DNA of 64,000 nt from Kangiella sp. (GTDB lineage Bacteria > Pseudomonadota > Gammaproteobacteria > Enterobacterales > Kangiellaceae): positions 6,835 to 70,834 of the forward strand of contig DATCST010000061.1 of the NCBI GenBank assembly GCA_036568325.1. The letters are read 5' to 3'. The notes beneath the pieces were generated by a model. It searched no databases. It had not been told where the DNA came from and saw only the letters and a list, made by a program, of their open reading frames with translations. The translations under genes were made by a program, and so were the position numbers. This document shows, in pieces, positions 59,141 to 64,000 of the stretch; position 1 is the stretch's first letter, and the number at the start of each line of letters is the position of its first letter.

Positions 59141-61612
59141 TTAAAATGTTTTACCAATTGAAAAAGTGAACGTTTCTGTATCGTCATAAGGTTCACTTTT
59201 CAACGGTCTTGATAAACTGAACTGCAAAGGCCCCATGGCTGAGTACCATTGCAGCGAAATACCATACGATGCTCGATAATTCTTATAATCGCTGTAATCA
59301 GGCACAGAATTCAAAATACTGGTCGGCTCAATATCTAAATCCTCGAATCGCTTTGCGTCAAATTTTGTATCCCAAACATTGCCTACATCAATAAATAAAC
59401 TAGTTCTCACATTAGTCGTATCTTCAATGAATGGCGTTGGGAAAATCAGCTCAAATGAGTTCAGGAATCGCGCATTACCACCGACTGAGTAGCGACCAAT
59501 ATACAAGCTGTCATATTCACTAGGCAAAATAACCGTTGTAGTACCGCCCCCTGGTATTGGGCTTGGGACGTTTTGAGTAGTCCGAATTCTTTGAAGATCT
59601 CTTGGCCCAATTGTATTAGTTTCAAATCCTCTTAAGGATGAACTACCGCCGCCATAAAAGTTCTGAAAGTATGGCAAGTCTTCAGTGTCGCCATAACCAT
59701 CACCATAAGCTAAGCCACCACGTACAGAAAATATCCAACCATTCTCGGAAATAGGGAAATAATAGTCATAATCATAAGTGGCCTTATAAAACTCCAGATC
59801 ACCTATTGCCGTCCCAACCTCTAAACCATAACGGTGTCGATTACCTCTTGATGGAAAAATTGAGCGATTTAAGGAGTTGATGCTATAGCCAAGATTGACT
59901 GAAAAAATATCAAAATCAACTTCAGAGTCAACAGTTGCGTCATAGCCCAATAAATCAAAGAAATCGATAACTCGCTGTGAGTTAGTGACAGGAGAAGTCA
60001 GCTCATTTTGAGAAGCATTAAAGCCAACACTGAAGGTTGAATACTCACCAGTTGGTATGTAGACAGTAGAGCCAAAGCCTAAAGTATCCAAGCTTTGAGC
60101 AATAAGGTTTAACTTCCCGTAATCTGTTTCACTATAGACGATGTTAGATGAAAGACCAACACCATCTTGAGTAAAGTAATTATCGGTATAATTCAAACGA
60201 ACAGTCTTCACAGCTTTATTGGTATCTAAAGCTAAACCAACGGAATTACCAGAACCCATAAAATTACTATGCGACAGCTCACCATTAATCGTCATTCCGT
60301 AAAAATCGTTATATCCAAGACCACCACTAATTTGGGCTGCGCTACGCTCTTTTACTTTAAAAATAACATCAGCACGATCTGTTGTGCCTTCTTTCTTGAC
60401 TGTATCAACTTGAACATTCTCAATATAGGGTAGACGTTGTAAACGAATTTTTGAACGCTCAACTAATGACGATGAAAGACTACCGCCTTCTTGAACTCGA
60501 ACCTCACGTCTTAAAACATTTTCATTTGTGGAGGTATTACCCTCAAAACTGATACGATCAACATAGTGTCTCTCCCCAGGCTCAACCAGTACAACCAACT
60601 TCGCCTCAGGTGTGTCTTTAGATACTTCCGGAATGGTCCTAACTTCGGCGAAAGTATATCCGTAAATTCCCAGAAGTTGCTTGATTTGCTCTTCGGCAAA
60701 CGCCATTGCAGCCGCAGAATAAGTATCACCCGCCTTCAATGGAATAAAATTTCTAATGGTTTCTACATCTAATGTGAAATCACCAATGATATCGATTCCA
60801 GAAACGGTATAAATTTCACCTTCGTCCACAACGATGGTGATATAAATATCTTCTTCATTATTAGATAGAGAAATTTCAGTTGAATTGATTTTAAATTCAA
60901 GGTAACCACGATCTTTATAATAGGAGGTTAGGGTTTCAAGATCTTTCTCTAAAGTGTCACTATTATACTTATTGTCATCCGTGATAAACGTAAACAGGCC
61001 ACCAGTGGTTAATTCAAATTGAGAGAGTAGTTTCTCATCTGAAAATAAGTCATTGCCAACTATATTGAATTCTTTGATTTTTGCCGAACCACCTTCATTA
61101 ATAGTGATATGCAATTGGACACGATTACGTGACAACTCTGCTAGCTTCTTCTCTACATTGATATGATAATGGCCGTTGGAATAATACTGGTTGGCAATTT
61201 CCTGTTCGATTTTCTCAAGGACAAAACTATCGAGTACTTCTCCTTTAGAAATACCAGCACCATTCATGCCATCAAGTAACTGTTCTGTTTTAAGGACCTT
61301 GTTACCTTTTAAAATAATGTCGGTAATTACTGGTCGTTCCACTACAATTATTTTTAAGGTGTTACCTTCTTTTTCCAGTTTTACAAATTCAAAATTACCT
61401 GTTTGATGAATAGCTCGAATAATACTCGGAGCACGAGCATCATCTAGCCTCTCACCTACACGAATTGGTAACTCAGTAAAAAATGTTCCCAGTTCAACTC
61501 GTTGCAAACCTTCCACTTGAATGTCTTCTACAACAAAGGGCTCGATTGCGCCAGCTTTGGAAAAAAGTGCAGATAAGACTAAAGCCGTAACTGTTTTTGT
61601 TATCAAACGCAT
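59141..61612 (-). CDS. bamA: Outer membrane assembly factor BamA
   Basis: POTRA domains (IQVEGLQRV), LRGF motif in loop 6, terminal FSIGKTF. Confidence 0.97.
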   Translation of the reverse strand: MRLITKTVTALVLSALFSKAGAIEPFVVEDIQVEGLQRVELGTFFTELPIRVGERLDDARAPSIIRAIHQTGNFEFVKLEKEGNTLKIIVVERPVITDIILKGNKVLKTEQLLDGMNGAGISKGEVLDSFVLEKIEQEIANQYYSNGHYHINVEKKLAELSRNRVQLHITINEGGSAKIKEFNIVGNDLFSDEKLLSQFELTTGGLFTFITDDNKYNSDTLEKDLETLTSYYKDRGYLEFKINSTEISLSNNEEDIYITIVVDEGEIYTVSGIDIIGDFTLDVETIRNFIPLKAGDTYSAAAMAFAEEQIKQLLGIYGYTFAEVRTIPEVSKDTPEAKLVVLVEPGERHYVDRISFEGNTSTNENVLRREVRVQEGGSLSSSLVERSKIRLQRLPYIENVQVDTVKKEGTTDRADVIFKVKERSAAQISGGLGYNDFYGMTINGELSHSNFMGSGNSVGLALDTNKAVKTVRLNYTDNYFTQDGVGLSSNIVYSETDYGKLNLIAQSLDTLGFGSTVYIPTGEYSTFSVGFNASQNELTSPVTNSQRVIDFFDLLGYDATVDSEVDFDIFSVNLGYSINSLNRSIFPSRGNRHRYGLEVGTAIGDLEFYKATYDYDYYFPISENGWIFSVRGGLAYGDGYGDTEDLPYFQNFYGGGSSSLRGFETNTIGPRDLQRIRTTQNVPSPIPGGGTTTVILPSEYDSLYIGRYSVGGNARFLNSFELIFPTPFIEDTTNVRTSLFIDVGNVWDTKFDAKRFEDLDIEPTSILNSVPDYSDYKNYRASYGISLQWYSAMGPLQFSLSRPLKSEPYDDTETFTFSIGKTF

Positions 61613-61622
61613 TGATTGTTCT

Positions 61623-62960
61623 CTATTGGTTTATTCGGTTTATGTCGAAAAATAGCGCAATCGCCATGATTGTCAGCACTAGTATGATGCCAACTCTCAT
61701 ACCAAGTTCCATAATTTTTTCAGAGACAGGCTTGCCACGAACAAGTTCGACAAGATAGTACATTAAATGACCACCGTCTAACATTGGGATTGGCAGAAGG
61801 TTCACGAAGCCTAAATTGACGCTTATCATAGCGAGATAAAGCAAGAATGCAACCATTCCGGCCTGTGCAGTCTGGCCTGCTCCTTGGGCAATTCCAACCG
61901 GACCACCTAAGTTTTTAATTGATAATTTCCCTGTAATCAATTTCCCCAGGAAGCTACCAATCCGCTCAACCATCACCCAGGTTTGCTCTGTCCCTTTACC
62001 GATGGACTCAAAGAACCCATAATTTATGACGTTATAACCTTGAAAGGAGGGCGCAATTCCTAGATAACCTATGGCTGGATCACGCTCATTGGGCTCTGGA
62101 GTTACCACGAGTGGCTGCTGATATCCGTCGCGAGAAACGATTAACTCAAGCGGTTTGCTAGGACTGTTTTCTATAAAGGCAACAAATTCGCTCCACAGGC
62201 TTATCGACTCACCATTGACCGAAACAACCGTATCACCGACTTTAAGGCCACCGTTCTCTGCTGGGGAGTCTTCCGCGACCAGCCCTAAGGTCGGTTCACC
62301 ATCAACCCGGCCAAAATCCAGGCCAAGGCTATCAAAAATAGTACCTTCATCAGGCTCTTGCCACTGACTTACGTCTAAAACTACCGTAGTTGGCTCCTTA
62401 TTGAGCGGCTGAACTTCAACCTTAATGGTCTTGTCATCATCAATATGATCCACAAAGGCAAAGATTGCATCTTCCAGACTTTTTACTTGAACCCCGTCTA
62501 CCGAAAGGATTTCGCTGTTTTCTGGGAAATTAGCTTGAGCGGCAACCGTATTCGGCAAAACATTAGTCACAAACGGCTTCCCGACGGCAATACCCATCAT
62601 ATAAACAGCTGCATAAACCACTATTGCCAACAAAAAGTTGGCCATCGGGCCTGCCAGTACGATTAAAATTCGCTTCCAGACCGGTTGCCGATTAAAAGCA
62701 TAAGGTAAATCTTCTTCGGCAACATCGCCTTCACGCTCATCAACAAATCTGACATAACCACCTAAAGGAATGGGAGCTATAACAAATTCCGTGCCGTGCT
62801 TATTGGTACGGCCCCAAATAGGTTTACCAAAGCCCACTGAGAAACGAAGCGCTTTAACACCAAGTTTTTTAGCGACCCAATAGTGTCCCCACTCATGAAA
62901 GGTCACTAACACCCCAAGCAGGATTAACAAGCCAAAAATACTGTATAAAAATTCAGTCAT
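61623..62960 (-). CDS. rseP: Intramembrane zinc metalloprotease RseP
   Basis: HEWGH, two PDZ domains, NLLPIPMLDGGH. Confidence 0.98.
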   Translation of the reverse strand: MTEFLYSIFGLLILLGVLVTFHEWGHYWVAKKLGVKALRFSVGFGKPIWGRTNKHGTEFVIAPIPLGGYVRFVDEREGDVAEEDLPYAFNRQPVWKRILIVLAGPMANFLLAIVVYAAVYMMGIAVGKPFVTNVLPNTVAAQANFPENSEILSVDGVQVKSLEDAIFAFVDHIDDDKTIKVEVQPLNKEPTTVVLDVSQWQEPDEGTIFDSLGLDFGRVDGEPTLGLVAEDSPAENGGLKVGDTVVSVNGESISLWSEFVAFIENSPSKPLELIVSRDGYQQPLVVTPEPNERDPAIGYLGIAPSFQGYNVINYGFFESIGKGTEQTWVMVERIGSFLGKLITGKLSIKNLGGPVGIAQGAGQTAQAGMVAFLLYLAMISVNLGFVNLLPIPMLDGGHLMYYLVELVRGKPVSEKIMELGMRVGIILVLTIMAIALFFDINRINQ

Positions 62961-63018
62961 CAGATAATAGTTCTCAATCTATAATTATCTATCTCGGTTG
63001 CGTTAAGTTTTAGTATGT

Positions 63019-64000
63019 TTAATCTGGCCTTAACGCATCAACAATATGGTATGCACGCTCTCTCGCCACTTTATCGGCAAGAAGTACAGACTCTAAATCC
63101 ACCACATCAGCATACTCAGTTTCGGTTAATGTCTGCTGAATCACCGCAGCGATTTGGTCAAAATTAATTTTTTCATCCAAAAAGGCGGCCACTGCCACCT
63201 CATTAGCCGCATTAAGGCGCGCCGGAGTGTTGCCCCCCTCTTGCATCGCTTCTTTGGCCAACTTTAAGCACGGGTAACGCTCATAACTGGGCTGCTCAAA
63301 GGTTAATTCACTAATTTGCATGAAATCCAACGGCTCAACACCTGCGCTAATTCTTTCAGGGAAAGCTAGCGCATGAGCAATCGGCGTACGCATATCGGGA
63401 TTTCCCATCTGCGCGATCACGGAGCCATCCTGATAGCGCACCATAGAATGAATGATACTTTGTGGGTGTAGTACCACCTCTATCTGCTCCGGCTGCACAT
63501 CAAACAACCAGCAAGCTTCAATCAGCTCCAGACCTTTATTCATCATGGTTGCTGAGTCCACAGAAATCTTCCGTCCCATAGACCAGTTGGGATGCGCGCA
63601 AGCCTCATCAGGGCTAATCACCGGAAACTCTGCCAGTGGCTTTTTCAAGAATGGACCGCCGGATCCCGTCAACACGATATTATGGATACCGCAGGATTGG
63701 ATGCCCTGTGAAACGAAATGTTCCGGCAAACACTGAAATATCGCATTGTGCTCGCTATCAATGGGTAATAAAGTTGCCCCACTATCGTTAACGGCCTGCA
63801 TAAAAATAGCGCCAGACATCACCAACGCTTCTTTATTGGCTAGTAGCACTTTCTTTGATGCTTTGACCGCAGCCAGGGTTGGTAGCAAACCAGCAGCCCC
63901 CACAATCGCAGCCATGACCGTATCCACATCCTTATGGCTCGCGACCCAGTCCAGTTGGTCAATACCTACCAATAGCGTAGTGGATATATTCTCAGCATCC
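63019..64000 (-). CDS. dxr: 1-deoxy-D-xylulose-5-phosphate reductoisomerase, 3' part (start outside the window)
   Basis: [41 protein letters not shown] motifs. Confidence 0.98.
   Translation of the reverse strand, partial: DAENISTTLLVGIDQLDWVASHKDVDTVMAAIVGAAGLLPTLAAVKASKKVLLANKEALVMSGAIFMQAVNDSGATLLPIDSEHNAIFQCLPEHFVSQGIQSCGIHNIVLTGSGGPFLKKPLAEFPVISPDEACAHPNWSMGRKISVDSATMMNKGLELIEACWLFDVQPEQIEVVLHPQSIIHSMVRYQDGSVIAQMGNPDMRTPIAHALAFPERISAGVEPLDFMQISELTFEQPSYERYPCLKLAKEAMQEGGNTPARLNAANEVAVAAFLDEKINFDQIAAVIQQTLTETEYADVVDLESVLLADKVARERAYHIVDALRPD

Noticed and set aside
70-63736. Many short ORFs in the supplied track that overlap real genes (e.g. 529-900, 1815-2252, 30395-30778, 38474-38974, 54512-55027, 57672-58190)
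   Set aside because: Antisense or off-frame shadows of well-supported genes, with no RBS or recognisable motifs.
1-64000. CRISPR array, rRNA, prophage, IS transposase or defence system (the patatin considered as a CBASS effector)
   Set aside because: No regularly spaced repeats or hallmark genes. The patatin has no neighbouring CD-NTase and sits in a housekeeping operon.

Overview
A 64-kb chromosomal window from a gammaproteobacterium. Gene order and protein style suggest a marine Kangiella-like organism; this is an impression, not a database result. Most of it is conserved housekeeping DNA on the minus strand: dxr-rseP-bamA-skp-lpxD-fabZ-lpxA-lpxB-rnhB-dnaE, accA-tilS, aspS-yebC-ruvC-ruvA, ruvB-ybgC-tolQRAB-pal-cpoB-queE-queC and ndk-rlmN-pilW-rodZ-ispG-hisS. 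A proS-led unit lies on the plus strand. Two accessory tracts interrupt normally adjacent genes: about 8.5 kb between ruvA and ruvB, and about 10.6 kb between dnaE and accA. Main observations: (1) an OlsF-like aminolipid synthase and a convergent, altered DapE paralog each have an upstream 11-bp-periodic TGTCRY (Pho-box-like) array, suggesting a phosphate-starvation lipid module; (2) two accessory genes are bracketed by short direct repeats (17 bp and 10 bp) that include the gene's own stop codon and sit beside a cluster of REP-like hairpins, with no integrase or transposase in the window; (3) two sequence-unrelated ERIC-like elements, both exactly 125 bp and TA-bounded, each use the TA of a housekeeping stop codon; (4) an SAH-hydrolase homolog appears to have lost several catalytic residues; (5) a membrane-anchored XRE regulator has a five-fold 11-bp-periodic operator. 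I found no rRNA, tRNA, CRISPR array, integrase or transposase.
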